This document shows, piece by piece, positions 13,540 through 26,010 of a DNA stretch of 64,000 nucleotides. The first letter of the stretch is position 1; every line of letters starts with the position of its first letter. This DNA comes from Octopus sinensis. Its lineage: Eukaryota. A program made the position numbers and the translations under genes. Where the stretch lies: the NCBI RefSeq assembly GCF_006345805.1, contig NC_043008.1, forward strand, positions 72,168,001-72,232,000, written 5' to 3'. The notes under the pieces were generated by a model that was not told where the DNA came from, made no database searches, and was given only the letters and a program-made list of their open reading frames with translations.

Positions 13540-13611
13540 AGGCAGATAGATAGCTATATAGATAGATAGATACATAGAGAGTTAGTTAGTTAGTTAGTTA
13601 GATAGATAGAC

Positions 13612-13649
<38 letters not shown>

Positions 13650-13670
13650 GTAGATAGATAGATAGGTAGG

Positions 13671-13729
<59 letters not shown>

Positions 13730-13750
13730 GTAGGTAGGTAGATAAGTAGG
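13540..13750. repeat. (GATA)n/(GGTA)n/(GTTA)n microsatellite
   Basis: Directly visible. Confidence 0.96.
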
Positions 13751-14261
13751 TAGAAACAGTGAAATGAAAGATACAGAGTGAATGAGAGGGAGAATAAGAC
13801 GTGTGAGATGAATAATACTCTAAATATCTTTTAAGAAGATAAACAATCCTTACTTTTTGGTTTGATTTTCTATCAATAATAATAATAATAATAATAATAA
13901 TGTTACTATTATTTTTGTTTACTTCACTAAGAACTCGGTGTTATTAGGGTAAGTCGGTAGGATTTATATGTCAGGCGAGAAGTGCCAAAGGTTGGCAGCT
14001 TGGCCCCATCCATTTTGAACTCTAAGCTTCTAATTAGCGTTTAAACTTGATTCTTCCTTCCCATTCTTTCCTCTTTCTTACAGTCATTACGCCTGTTTTT
14101 GTTTTTGCATTACATTACGATCTCCAGACTTCTTCTCTTCTTTCCCTGACAGTTATTGACAAACGTGTCCACTCGTCAAGCAATTAGCTGCACTTATGAC
14201 AAATAGTTTAAAGAATTTTAAATTCAAGTTTCAACATTTTGTTTTTGTTTTTCCTAGATTA

Positions 14262-14291
14262 TCATCATTATTATTATTATTATTATTATTA

Positions 14292-14353
<62 letters not shown>

Positions 14354-14530
14354 GTAGTAGTAGTAGTGATAGTAGTAGTAGTAGCAGCAGCAGCAGTAGC
14401 TGCGGTGGTGGTGGTTGTGGTGAAGGTGGTTAACACCACCAGAGGTTGTTTTGGTGGTGGCGCAGGTAGTGGTATTCGTAGTGGTGATGGTTTTGGTGGT
14501 AGTAGCTGTGGTGGACGTGGTGTTGGTGAT
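14262..14530. repeat. (ATT)n-(AGT)n-(AGC)n-(GGT)n compound microsatellite
   Basis: Directly visible. Confidence 0.95.
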
Positions 14531-17114
14531 GCTCTGAAAAAATTATGTAAATTGCAGCAACATTCTAGTTTTTTTATGGAAACGTGATATTTTCACTTTA
14601 CCTTACTAGATAACAACGGTGTGACTGTTTCGAATGAGAAAAACCTAAATGTATGAGCCCTATTTGCTCACATTTGTTGTTGTTGTTGTTGTTGTTGTTG
14701 TTGCTATTCTTGTTTTTATTGTTGTTCAGCTCCAGGTAAGACGTAAATGATTGGGCGTGTGATCAGATAAATTCCAGCCGACACAACCCCGCCTTCTTAA
14801 GTATTTCTGCTGCTGCACAAACCATCATACGCTTTCCTTTTTTAAGAAGGCAAAATTCAATTTGAAAATTTGTCTGCTGTTTCTAGCTGGATGGTTGACC
14901 GCAAAGTGGCGCCCATGTTCCAACAATTTTCTTGTAGTTGAATCCTTGCCTACATAATTAATGAACGTCACAGAAACTCTACCTTGATGATAATTAGCCT
15001 ACAACAATTGCCTGTTGTTTTCTTCTATTAATAAGCGAGACATTGCCAGCTTCTTTGATTCCGAATACCAAACAGCTAATACTCATCATGCCTGTGACCA
15101 ATCCTACAAAAAAACTAGCTTCTTTGAAGAATAGCAGAATCTTTGAAGTTCTCATATTAATGACAAAAACAGATTCCAAAGGGAAATATAATTCCGAAGG
15201 GAAAAATAATCTTCAATTCCTAAGACGACTCTGGATCATATTACTCATTAGCAACATCATTAATTGGGGAGGTTGATTGGATGGATAGATAAGATTCTAG
15301 ATTCTCTACTCATAGTTTATGAGTTCAAATCTATAATTTGTGATCTATTCAGTATCACCTACTGTCTTTAACTAATAGTAGAGTAAAATGAGCCAAAACT
15401 GTCAATAACCATGAACTAAGATAGAGAAACCACAGAAAGGTCTTACAAGATATTTCTACTCGATAAAACGACGAGACTTGAAACATGATATTCCAAAATC
15501 CACTGACACTGCAAAAAGGAAGTGTCACTCTTCTATCTCTTGTTTGACGCTTTCACTTAAATGACGCATTATCATTAGGCGATTTAAAGGGATGAGGTGA
15601 CAGAATCGCCAGTAAGCCGGCATTTTGTCAGTCTTTATCTTCTGAGTTCAAATCCGTCGATGTCTACTAGCCATAACATTGTTTCCCCATGGCAATACTA
15701 ATTCCTCGCTACATGTCTTCGGTACAACCTTATTCTGTAAGCTTTGTATTACACACTGAATCAAAATGTCGATTTTTAAGCTTTCAAATACTATAGCCAC
15801 GACTGCGATTTGTCCTCTAATCAATCAGCCACACCTCTCGCTGACGTTTTTTTTTATTATTTTGCCGGTTGCTTTGGTAGCTGGGTAGTTGGGTGGCTGT
15901 GTGGTTGGCTGCTGGCTACTAGATAACGGCAGTGATACGTATCTACACCGACCTGAAGTGATGCTATGCTGCACCTAGTCTATATTAGCCAATGACATTC
16001 TTGCTTTCATTCGCCCTTTTCACAGGTTGTTTTACATCAAACTTGGTGTCTGATAATTCCCTTCCTTACCAAATAGGTTTGTACGTTGCACTGGCAACGC
16101 ATGATTGCCGGTAGCTGATCTTTTTCTTATAAGATCTCTGGCCTGGCCTCCCTGGAGAGAGAGGGGGGTTTAGATCTTGTCATAACATTCTAAGTATGTA
16201 GACAGAGTTAAAGAGGAACGGAGGGAGTGCGTTAATGAGAGAAGGGTGAGTTACGAAGCTTCTAGTAACTTAACTACTTCTGAGTCTGTCTCTGCATATA
16301 AAAGAGAGAACTGAATTGTCAAGCAAGGTATGCTTTAGGGAGTGAGTGTAGAAATATATCCACCCACAGCAAGCAGGTGGTATTTAACATCACATAAAAA
16401 GAAAAGAAAGAGAAGGAGTGTAAGAAGACATGAAATAGGTGAATACGTAAGAAAGTATTTCAAAGCATAAATTTGTAGATAAATAAATTATCTTTTTTCC
16501 GAGATGCATTCAACAGTAGAACTATTTGAAAATATCCACAACGAGGTGGTGGTATTTACAAAGCTACATAGAGAAGGACAGAAAATAGGGTGATAGATAG
16601 AGAGAGAAATAATATGACGAATTTTTCAAGAAATAAGTAAATTAAATGAGTAAAAGACAATATCTGATATTCTGATATGCCTGCTACATCATGTTTATTT
16701 ACATAACCAAACGCATACTGGTTACAGAATATATTCGTATCAGTAAGTATCCACAACATAAAACCTGACAAAAATTAATAGAATACTCCAATAAAATATG
16801 CAGACTGGTGCAAACAATACAGGCCAGATATTGTTCAATGGGCCAAGGTAGAAAAGTAATAAATTAGTGTAGAGGTCAACTCCTCCTTGGATGATAATAT
16901 TCTATATAGTGTTGTAGAGCAAGCGAATATTAATGAGCAACTAACGCAGAGAACACAGCTTTGTGTCCATTGTATAGAATTCCATTTGCACCTATGATCA
17001 TACGTGCAATGGTTACTTAAAACAGTCATATATCTACCTATCTTTTTATTTATCTAGTTAGCTAACTAGCAATCCATCTATCTATCTATCTATCTATCTA
17101 TCTATTTTTTTTTT

Positions 17115-17188
17115 TTTTTTTTTTTTAACCCCCTTATTTTTGTCCTCTTTCTCTCCTTTTACGATCCCTTTTGATCGAACCTCCCCCT

Positions 17189-17222
<34 letters not shown>

Positions 17223-17297
17223 CCTTCAAAAGAAAAGCTCTACCTTGTAATTTGTTCTATCTGTGTGCAGCCCTGTGTGGCTAATAAAGAAACATAT
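17115..17297 (+). mobile_element. Probable retroelement 3' UTR remnant
   Basis: Poly-T-interrupted pyrimidine-rich segment ending agccctgtgtggctaataaagaaa (AATAAA); recognised only as a repeat-like end, family uncertain. Confidence 0.35.
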
Positions 17298-17317
17298 CTA
17301 TCTATCTATCTATACAC

Positions 17318-17357
<40 letters not shown>

Positions 17358-17689
17358 TCACACATACATGCATACACACATGCATATACAGTATCTATTA
17401 GGATACATTTTAATTCCAAAATTTAATTAAATATATTGCCAGAATTTAATGTTTTTATCAATACCTACTTTCAAGCACATGGCTGTTGTGGCCAGCCAGT
17501 GCCAGTAACGCAAAACAATTGAATCTCAAACGCCAAGAAACTTTTGGTTCGTATTGGGGCAGATTTTTATTCAGTGGCTGTCCTAAATTCTTCAACTGTT
17601 ACTGATTTTCACTAACATTTAAGTATCATTATAGAAATATCCAGTGTTGTGAGGTCCAGAGAAAAAGATGGATCGTCAACTAAACCTTT

Positions 17690-18256
17690 TCTCTAACTCC
17701 AGATAAGTTAACATGCCCCTCCGTAAAATATAGATTTTCAGGTTCCCAGCAACTCCATTAGTTCGGACAATCTCAGTTGAAAAGCATAAAATGTGATTCA
17801 TTAAATGTAACATTCCCAATGATAGTACTTCAATATGCGATTGATATTTGATTTTCAAATTCTTATCGCACGACTCACTTGGTGCACAGATTATCTTGCA
17901 CTCTGTCAATGCGCTTCTTAGACACTTTCATGCGTTCTGAGGTTCATTGATGTTTACAGTTATGCGGAACCTTTCTTATGGAAATTCTGACTATTGCTAT
18001 CTGCTTAAAACATACTACTGATTAGAGTGACGATTAGTCACATAGATGGAAGTATTGAAAAATCCTCCAAAACCTGTCTTTGTGTTTTGACTCAGTTTCC
18101 AAAATTCCAGCAGAAATTTAAGATTAATTGTCCTGGCTGAAATACAGTCTATCTCTCTTCATTCTTTCAGCATTTTTTAAATACAAAAAGAAATATATAT
18201 CAAGCGAGTATTCATTCAGCTGTTAAAAAGTATATTCATTTTTGAGTCACCCTGTA
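17690..18256 (-). mobile_element. Very decayed Tc1/mariner-superfamily fragment
   Basis: TIR-like tacagggtgactcaaaaa (minus strand) at about 18240-18257, plus weak remnants (SHFMLFN..WSCWEPEN). Confidence 0.35.
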
Positions 18257-18450
18257 CATAAGTCGGTATCCAACACTGCTTCTGTCTAAAAAATTCATAA
18301 TACATTGGTCGGCCAGGGTTATAAAAAGACACTAGACCAAGGTGGTGCATATGGCACTGAACATGAAACCACTTAAGGTTAAGATCAGCAAGGAAAGTAC
18401 CCTATCGAGCAAGAAATAAACGTTATTTAATGTACGCTACATTAAAATTG

Positions 18451-18735
18451 CGGAGGCGCAATGGCCCAGTGGTTAGGGCAGCGGACTCGCCGTCGGAGGA
18501 TCACTGTTTCGATTCCCAGACCGAGCGTTGTGTGTCTTTATTGAGCGAAAACACCTAAAAGTTCCACGAGGCTCCCGCAGGGGGTGGTGGCAGCCCCTAT
18601 TGTACTCTTTCGCCACAATTTCTCTCACTCTCTCTTCCTGTTTCTTGAGTAACACTGCGATGGACTGGCGTCCGGTCAAGCTGGGTAGAATACATACGTC
18701 ACAGAAACCGGGAAACTTGGCCCATGAGCCTGGCT
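18451..18735 (+). mobile_element. tRNA-derived SINE
   Basis: ggaggcgcaatggcccagtggttagggcagcggactcg..gtttcgattcccagacc head (A and B boxes); a second copy lies inverted at 38130-38363. Confidence 0.85.
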
Positions 18736-19047
18736 TGAAAAGGGCGAAAAAATTAATTAAAATAGCAGTTACTGACGATTCATCGCCATTAAGACAAGTG
18801 GTGAGCAGATTTGTATAACGTGCTTTGCATTTCCAACCAATCCACTGGCTCTATTTAGGACGCTGGTACATGGCTTCTCGTGTACCAGCATCCTGATTTC
18901 ATATAGAACAAACCATGTGCTCAGAGCCCGTAGATTGCTTGGAGACAGAAGGTACGTTATAATAACCTACTTACCACCTGTGTTAGGGACAAGAAAATAT
19001 GAATAGCACTTATTCTAAAATAGTAGGCATTATATATATATATATAT

Positions 19048-19087
<40 letters not shown>

Positions 19088-19593
19088 AGGGGGAGAGACA
19101 GGGAGCGACTTAGATAGCTACATAGATAGATAGATATGTGTGTGTGTATAGATATTGATATACATAGAACTGTATAAGGATTTGCAGACACAGACATACC
19201 CCCCCACACACATATATATATAAAAACAGGCAAACGTTATATATGTTGCACACATATACATACGTATGAAGCCTGATAATACAAGAGTTCTCCAAGAAAG
19301 ATCAAAAGGAAATATTTATGCATATCCACCAAATCCAGTTGATGTGTGAAACAATGAAAATGTTTTAAAATATTCCTAAGATCCTTTATTTGAATTTCCT
19401 GGAAATAACTTATAAACATAATCGCATATCTATGTATGGCAATACACACGCATATACGAACAGAGAAATCAGACAAGCTCACTCACGTACAACTGATACC
19501 TGCACTCCATTACACGGCTATGAGTACAGGCACACATACATCACATAGAAATACTATATACATTAACACATATGCACACATTACCTGACATAT

Positions 19594-19667
19594 TCACAAA
19601 TCCCCGAAACAGTATTGATTCAGTGAAAAAATAAGCATTGTCACTTTCTTATTGACCGGTTTCAATT
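19594..19667 (-). CDS. Candidate last coding exon of the secreted-protein gene, (E)LKPVNKKVTMLIFSLNQYCFGDL*; exon extends to a donor at 19585
   Basis: Very strong acceptor gatttattttcgtttttcgcag| and donor GTCAG|gtaatg; phase 1 matches the 22120 donor. Confidence 0.55.
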
Positions 19668-22119
19668 CTGCGAAAAACGAAAATAAATCACAGCGAAAAA
19701 CATCCATCCTTTCATTCACCACACACACACACACAGTAACACAAACACGGACTAACACGCACATACACACATGTATAAGCATACATAGGTGAGAATATAC
19801 ATATATACACAAATGCAACACAAAGATAGGTATGTATTTGCGACGTACATGCTTAATGCCTATGTATACATGCAAATGAATGCATACATATAGATATAGT
19901 TGCATACATGCGTGTGCACCTACATATATATATACATTCTTACACACGCATACATACATACCTACACACACATATATAAATACATACATACGTATACATT
20001 CACATGAATTCCTACATACACGCATAGATACATTTACATATGCGAATCTACATATAAAAGTAAATTCGCACATACTTACATACATAAATACGTATATACA
20101 TAGGTACATATATATATACACTCTCTCAAAAAAAGGCGATGGTTGTAAAAAAAAGATTAAATGACTGATGCGAGTTTAAATGACAGAAATCGAAGCTAAG
20201 TAAGCGATTAGACGCGGAAATAGGAAATAGAGAGCAGAAACAATACACACACACTTACACACACTCTCTCTCACACACACACACGTGTATATATATATAT
20301 ATTGATTCGCAAACAAAACAGCCAACGCCATTTTGAAAATTGACATGAGATTCTGAACAAAATTACACAAACAACAAATGTAATAAGAAGAATGAGGACA
20401 ACAAAAATAATGTAAAAAAAACATGAACGCGGCAGCAATACATTAAACGAATTGAATTGCATATTTCACCATTTGCCAAAAACAGGAAATATCAACTTCC
20501 TTTAACAGAAATATTCTGGGGTTTTTAGAGGAGAGCACTGTGAAAAGTGGGCTGCGGTGATGTTGCTGAGGTAGCGATGTCGATGATGATTATGCTGATC
20601 TGTAGTAGCTTCTGTGATTGTGTGAGTTAGATAGATCGATTTCATTGTTGTTGATCTTTATCAACGAGATTATCTCTGATCTAACAGATTTATAGCTCAC
20701 GGCGTTCCAACCATGATCATCCTTAAATTTAGCGTTTTCTCGGTTCACACTCTGGCACATGACTGCACTTCTTTTTAGTTCATGGGGATTGATATTTGTT
20801 AGATATAGCAATTGTTTATAACAGGCCGAGCGATCACATCGTAGCTTGTTTGTTGATCTTTTGCCCGAAGTTATTCATGACGAAACAAATCTATAGTTAA
20901 ATGGGTCCCAGCTGTAACCATAATTTATGTATCATTGCATCATTCATTGTCCACACATTTTTAAATGATTTGATCGAGATTTGGTTGACATTTTTGGCAA
21001 GTCAAGAAATGGCCATTTAAAGGTTGTGTTGATATAATGGTGTCTTCCAACGTGATGGGAGTTATCAATAATTGTAGTATGAAAGATGTGCAAGTGATGG
21101 CATTGATTATAATATGATCATAATGGGCCAGTTCAAATAGTATGATGGATTAAGGAGGTGCAGTTGTAGTGGGAATGGAAGTGTTGTTGCTTGTGACACC
21201 GTATTTTGGGGAATAGTGTTATTTGGTGGTGGGAGAGATGGTTAGTGGGGGGGGACAAAGGATGTTATGGTAGTTATGATGATTGTTTTATCGATGGTAT
21301 TTATATGAGGGATTAATATTTATAGTCGTGGTAGTATTGGTAATTAAAGTGCTACAGAATGATGCTGAGATGGTGATGATGGTGATGTGTTGAGTTTGAT
21401 GTTGCATTTGCTGTAGTTGCTGCTGATAATTCGTAGATTGGCGATAATGCACATGACCTCTGGTGAAACGTTAATATGCAAGCCACATACATACACTTTC
21501 GTACAGGAAGAATTAATAAAGAAAGTGAGGAAGAGAGGAAGAGTGGGATACATGGTTATAAGAGAGAGGAGGGAGAGGTGAGTGACGGAGGGAAATCGGG
21601 AGCGGAAAAGGAAGAGATGAGAGAATAAGAAATTTCAGGAAATACCCGAATTTCCGGGAGGATTTAGAGAACTAATTTAGGGGGAAAAAATAAAATGACA
21701 TTCAAAATACATAAAATAAATTTAGATCTATTTTGAGCTAAAAGACTGTCGTGCGGGAAGTTTACTTCAGAAAGATCAAAACTGCATATTGGGCAAGTCC
21801 AATGTCTAAGTATGAATTTTCACTTATATGCTGGAATTTAATTTGGCATTAAGTTATGAATCTATCACTTTCCCTTAGAATTATGACTCTTTGCTGCAAT
21901 GTACATGTTGCATGTCTTGGAAACAGATACGTATAATTTGTAGCGGTCTTCTAGTCCTTGCCGAACGCTATGCCATTCTCTTTTAAATGTTTCATAAAGG
22001 TTGCGAGTTTCATATCAGTCTGGTCTTCGATATTTCTGAATTAAGCAGAAATTCTGAAATCTTCACTTGGATGATCGTTCGGTCAATATAAATTCGTTCA
22101 GGTAGTTATTCTGAATTAC

Positions 22120-22242
22120 CTATTTGTGAGTCTAAAATGATGGCCTCGATGGTATATGATCCATTCAGCAAACATGCTAGATTTCCAGCAGGAATATCTA
22201 GTCTCACCAGCAGGATTGGGGTCGGGATATAATTTGCTTCAT
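22120..22242 (-). CDS. Coding exon (123 nt, phase 1-1), (D)EANYIPTPILLVRLDIPAGNLACLLNGSYTIEAIILDSQI
   Basis: atactttag| acceptor and ATAG|gtaatt donor; only one frame is open; separated from the 22351-22548 exon by a canonical 108-nt GT-AG intron. Confidence 0.7.
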
Positions 22243-22350
22243 CTAAAGTATATGACTATATGTGATTTTTAAGTGTAAGTCAATTGAGCAATTTTCTGTA
22301 TTTAAGCTTTTGTGAGAAATATATGTCTACTGAGTATAAAGTGACCTTAC

Positions 22351-22548
22351 CTACATTACACATAGCAGTGGTTGATGAAAGGAGTTCAAATCCAATAACA
22401 TTCAAGCACCTCGATTTTCCGGTGGTGTCCTGGCTAGGCTCATAGGTGACCTTCTCTCTGAACCCAGTTGTTATAAGTGCATTGTTACGAAGCAAATTGA
22501 TTATTTCTTGATTTACACATTTCAGGTGGGTATGAATATTAATAAGCT
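22351..22548 (-). CDS. Coding exon (198 nt, phase 1-1), (E)LINIHTHLKCVNQEIINLLRNNALITTGFREKVTYEPSQDTTGKSRCLNVIGFELLSSTTAMCNV
   Basis: atcttttcag| acceptor, GTAG|gtaagg donor, open frame within ORF 22280-22627. Confidence 0.72.
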
Positions 22549-24196
22549 CTGAAAAGATACTATGCTTGGATCCAATGAAGCTCACATATACTAACAATGT
22601 TGTTGTTGTCGATATTATTCGTCGCATTTGTTGTTGCTGTAATTATTGTCCTTGTTTTTGTTGAACTTGTGGCCGACCTTGCTGTTGTTGTTGTTGATGT
22701 TATCTTTTAAACACTGTTGACAATGTTTGTCAATTAAATTAATACATCAAATCATTCAACTTTTCCTCATACTCCCCGTCTCTCTCACTCCCCTTCCCTC
22801 CCTCCCTCTCTTTTTATCGTTCTCACAATTTTTACATTTTCCCTTTCATTATGTCTTTGAATCCGCATTCTCTCCTTTCTTTCATTTTGTTTCATCCTTC
22901 CTTCTTACCTTTCTTTGTTTCATTCATTTTCTGTTTGTTTTACAATTGATTCCTATCTAAATAAAAAAGAAAAGCAATTCCTTTATTTACTCTTTTCACG
23001 CAGGTTCAAACCACACATCTTTTTTTTTTTATTTTTTACGTATATCATAAATTTTATTATTGCTATGATTGCCATTGTTCTTGTTGTTGATATTATTATC
23101 ATTATTATTATTATTGCTGCTGTTGTTGCTATTTGTTGTAGTTTAAAAAACTTTTTTGCTTCATTCTTCCTTGTTAACTTTCCTTTGTTCTCTCAGTTTA
23201 ATGCATTTTATTTGTCACTTCTTTTTCTTCAATCATGTTTTTTCTCTTCATTTTCCTGTCTTTTTGGAACTAAAATCAAAACCAAAGTTCAGTAGATAAT
23301 GGCATGATGTATATATATGTGTGATTTTGGATGTGTGATTTATGTGTGTGTGTCTGTGTATGTACAGCATCTTTCAACAATTTGATTTAAGTAACTCTTT
23401 ACACCAGTTGACCAAATTGTTTTATGCCGAGTTAAAACATAGATTGGTGCGGAAAGTTTCAGAGTGTATTTTTGAAGTAAAATATATCTGACGAATTTTA
23501 GAATATTGTCAATTCTATTAAAGATTCCTTAAGAAAAAGTTGGAATTCTTTCAATATACGGGAATATATATATGGCAATTTTCTGTAAACTTGTGACTCT
23601 TTTTTCTGAGTATGCATTTGTATATGAGTGCGCGAGTGTTTATTCGCGCACGTTATAAAGACTTCTCCTTGATTCTGAAGTTGTCTAAATAGTAAAGAGT
23701 GAAGACATAATTGTGACATCAACGATGATTATTGCACGCAAATTAGTTCCGAGTTCGAGCCTGCTGGCTGATATTAATAATCTGTTTTTTAAAAAAAGAA
23801 CACAATGGGTTACGTAATCGTTGATATACTATATCTGAATAACCGATAGGATGATCATTCTGGATAATTTAACCTGATCTCTGTTTGATTAAGCCTATGG
23901 CGTAGCAAAACCCACAACTAAAAAAATGAATCTGAAATATATCTAAGAATCGTTCCTAGAATTAGTAAGATATTGATGGGATATTTGCCGGATTAACCTG
24001 CTGGTGTTCAATGAGATAGAGGGTTGGTAGAGCGTGGTGTGTTTAGTAGGGTTGTATTAGAGTTAATTTTTATCAAATGGATTGTAAAATACACGATAAT
24101 ATTATATATATATATAGGGGGCAGTTCTATATTTAAGAGACGAGTAATTATGCACATTATTTACATTTAACGGATATTTGTCCTCATGTTGTTGTT

Positions 24197-24239
24197 AACA
24201 ACGTTTCAGCTGATATAACCCTCCAGCCTTCATCAGGTT
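24197..24239 (-). ncRNA. Minimal hammerhead-ribozyme-like motif at a Penelope 3' end
   Basis: AAC-CUGAUGA-A-GGCUG[gagggttatat]CAGCU-GAAA-CG-UU-GUU: intact core, 5-bp helix II, palindromic ACGU helix III, 3-bp helix I. Confidence 0.6.
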
Positions 24240-24300
24240 TCTTGAAGAAATTTCGAACCTAGGTTCTCATTCCTAAGGTATTTTTCGATGTTATTATTCA

Positions 24301-24373
24301 GGTCACTGCCTGGACTCGAACTCGGAATCTTGGGGTTAGTAGCCCGCGTTCTTAACCACTGCACCATATGCCC
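24301..24373 (-). other. tRNA-derived (Pol III A/B box) segment inside the Penelope 3' UTR; not a functional tRNA. Second copy at 25193-25265 (+)
   Basis: 73 nt GGGCATATGGTGCAGTGGTTAAG..GAGTTCGAGTCCAGGCAGTGACC; the acceptor stem is mispaired. Confidence 0.75.
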
Positions 24374-25435
24374 GTGGGCAATTATGGAGTGAATTTTAGG
24401 GCTTATACATTTAATATTTTCCTATTTTCCTATACTGGTTCCCATATGCTATTCATTTCTGCACTAGGTCTGCTTAGGACGTTGTTGTGTCCTAGCATAT
24501 GTGCGTTTTTTTTTAGTTTTCGTATTTTCCAGTGGTGTTCTCTGTCTATTATTTTAACTTCATCCCACAGGGAAAGGTGATCCCTGTTTTTCCATACATG
24601 ATCAGCTATACCTGATTTATCAATATCTCCTCGTGTCACAGCTTTGCGATGTTCTTCTACCCTTATTTTGACGGGGCAGCATGTTTCGCCTTTGTATAAA
24701 CTACTACAGCTCCATGGGATGGAGTACACGCTGTTTTTGGTCATATTCTCTTCTGTTGGTGGTTTTACTCGAAGGAGATATTTGCAAAGTGCTGTATTAG
24801 TCTTGAATACTGACCTGATGCCATATGGGCCGCATATCTTTTGTATCTTCTCAGAGAGGCCTTTCACATAGGGTCGACATCCTCTCTTTTCGTCATAACT
24901 GGAGTGGAAAGTATGTTTTGGGGGTACCAAAGCTATGTCACGAAGAGATATTAATAAATCGAGTATAGCTGATCATGTATGGAAAACTGCAGACCACCTC
25001 TCCTTGTGAGATGAAGTTAAAATAATAGACAGAGAACACCACTGGAAAATGCGAAAACTAAAAGAAGCAACACATATGCTAGGACACAACTACCTCCCGA
25101 GCAGACCTAGGACAGATATGAATAGCATATGAGAACCGGTATTAAGGAAGGATAGAAAATATTAGATTTATAAGCCCTAAAATTCACTTCATGGACATAT
25201 GGTGTAGTGATTAAGAGTGGGGGCTACTAACCCCACGATTCCGAGTTCGATTCCAGGCAGTGACCTGAATAATAATAATAATGATAATAATAATAACAAC
25301 AATAACATCGAAAAATACCTCAGGAATTAGAATCCAGTTTCAAAATTTCGGCTGAATATCAAACAAAACGTTGTGTTAACAACAAACAAGATGAGAACAA
25401 ATATATGTTAAATGTAAATAACGTAAATAATGTAT

Positions 25436-26010
25436 ATATACGGTGATTAGGCTAAATTTGAAGTGTTTTTTTTTTCATTCACTTTTTCAAGAAGAGCTTG
25501 CTGTAATGAAGAGTCATCAGTGTTGGGAAAGATTAAAGATTATAGTTGCACTTGAGAAAAATTTAGCTGACGTGAGAAATTGGAAGCCGTTTGAATATTG
25601 GAAATAAGTTACCTACACCATGATGATTCGAACCGGGTATCAAAATACCGTAATTATGACTCTGTGAATACTGTAAAGGCTGTCACATGTAACACAGTCA
25701 GCTGCAACTGAGACTACGAAGCCAAGGTCAGTAAAAATGGATGTAGCAGGCGTTGTGACTCCGTCAATCCTCTGGATTTCTCAAGCACGATTTTGAACAG
25801 AGCCTTAGGCTTAATTCGGTCTAATGTTGGAGATTGTAGTCAAGCCCTGGCTGGAGAAGGTTGCTATTGGAAAGCCATATGGGTGGCAACAGGATTCAGC
25901 TCCTTGGTATACCTACGTAGAGAGTCAGAAGCCAAGGTGAAGGACGTGTTCCAAGATGTTCCCAGAGACACAGTGTGAAGTGCATTCGTCGAGTTCCATA
26001 GCCGTATCGA
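25436..26010 (+). mobile_element. Tc1/mariner (maT/DD37D-like) transposon remnant, internally deleted
   Basis: TIR-like tacggtgattaggctaaattt at about 25439; MLEIVVKPWLEKVAIGKPYGWQQDSAPWYT catalytic segment. Confidence 0.7.

Larger units (their letters stand above)
24153..25434 (-). mobile_element. Penelope-like element 3' part (GIY-YIG endonuclease) with a ~500-bp inverted duplication
   Basis: ORF 24430-24930: PYVKGLSEKIQKI..VYSIPWSC..YKGET..RVEEH..SGIADHVW..WDEVKIIDREHHWKIRKLK. 24153-24645 and 24929-25434 are inverted copies. Confidence 0.9.

Noticed and set aside
14994-15280. Neuropeptide-like reading NKRDIASFFDSEY
   Set aside because: Short frame with no signal peptide, weak splice context and a single dibasic site.
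19585-19600. Selenocysteine as the main explanation of the TGA
   Set aside because: No SECIS identified by eye and no redox motif context; kept only as an alternative.
20590-20875. ORF ..FKDDHGWNAVSYKSVRSEII..
   Set aside because: No convincing acceptor or start, no recognisable motif, and it does not fit the exon chain.
21958-22035. Exon-like NIEDQTDMKLATFMKHLKENGIAFG
   Set aside because: Its phase-2 acceptor conflicts with the phase-1 upstream donor and it would need a GC donor; left out of the model but not excluded.
22208-22242. Alternative donor CTG|gtgaga inside the 123-nt exon
   Set aside because: It would delete the GSYTIEA segment and break phase with the 19667 acceptor; possible as a minor isoform joining 12691.
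18451-25265. tRNA genes at 18451, 24301 and 25193 (also 38290)
   Set aside because: A/B boxes are present but acceptor and anticodon stems are mispaired; these are repeat heads.
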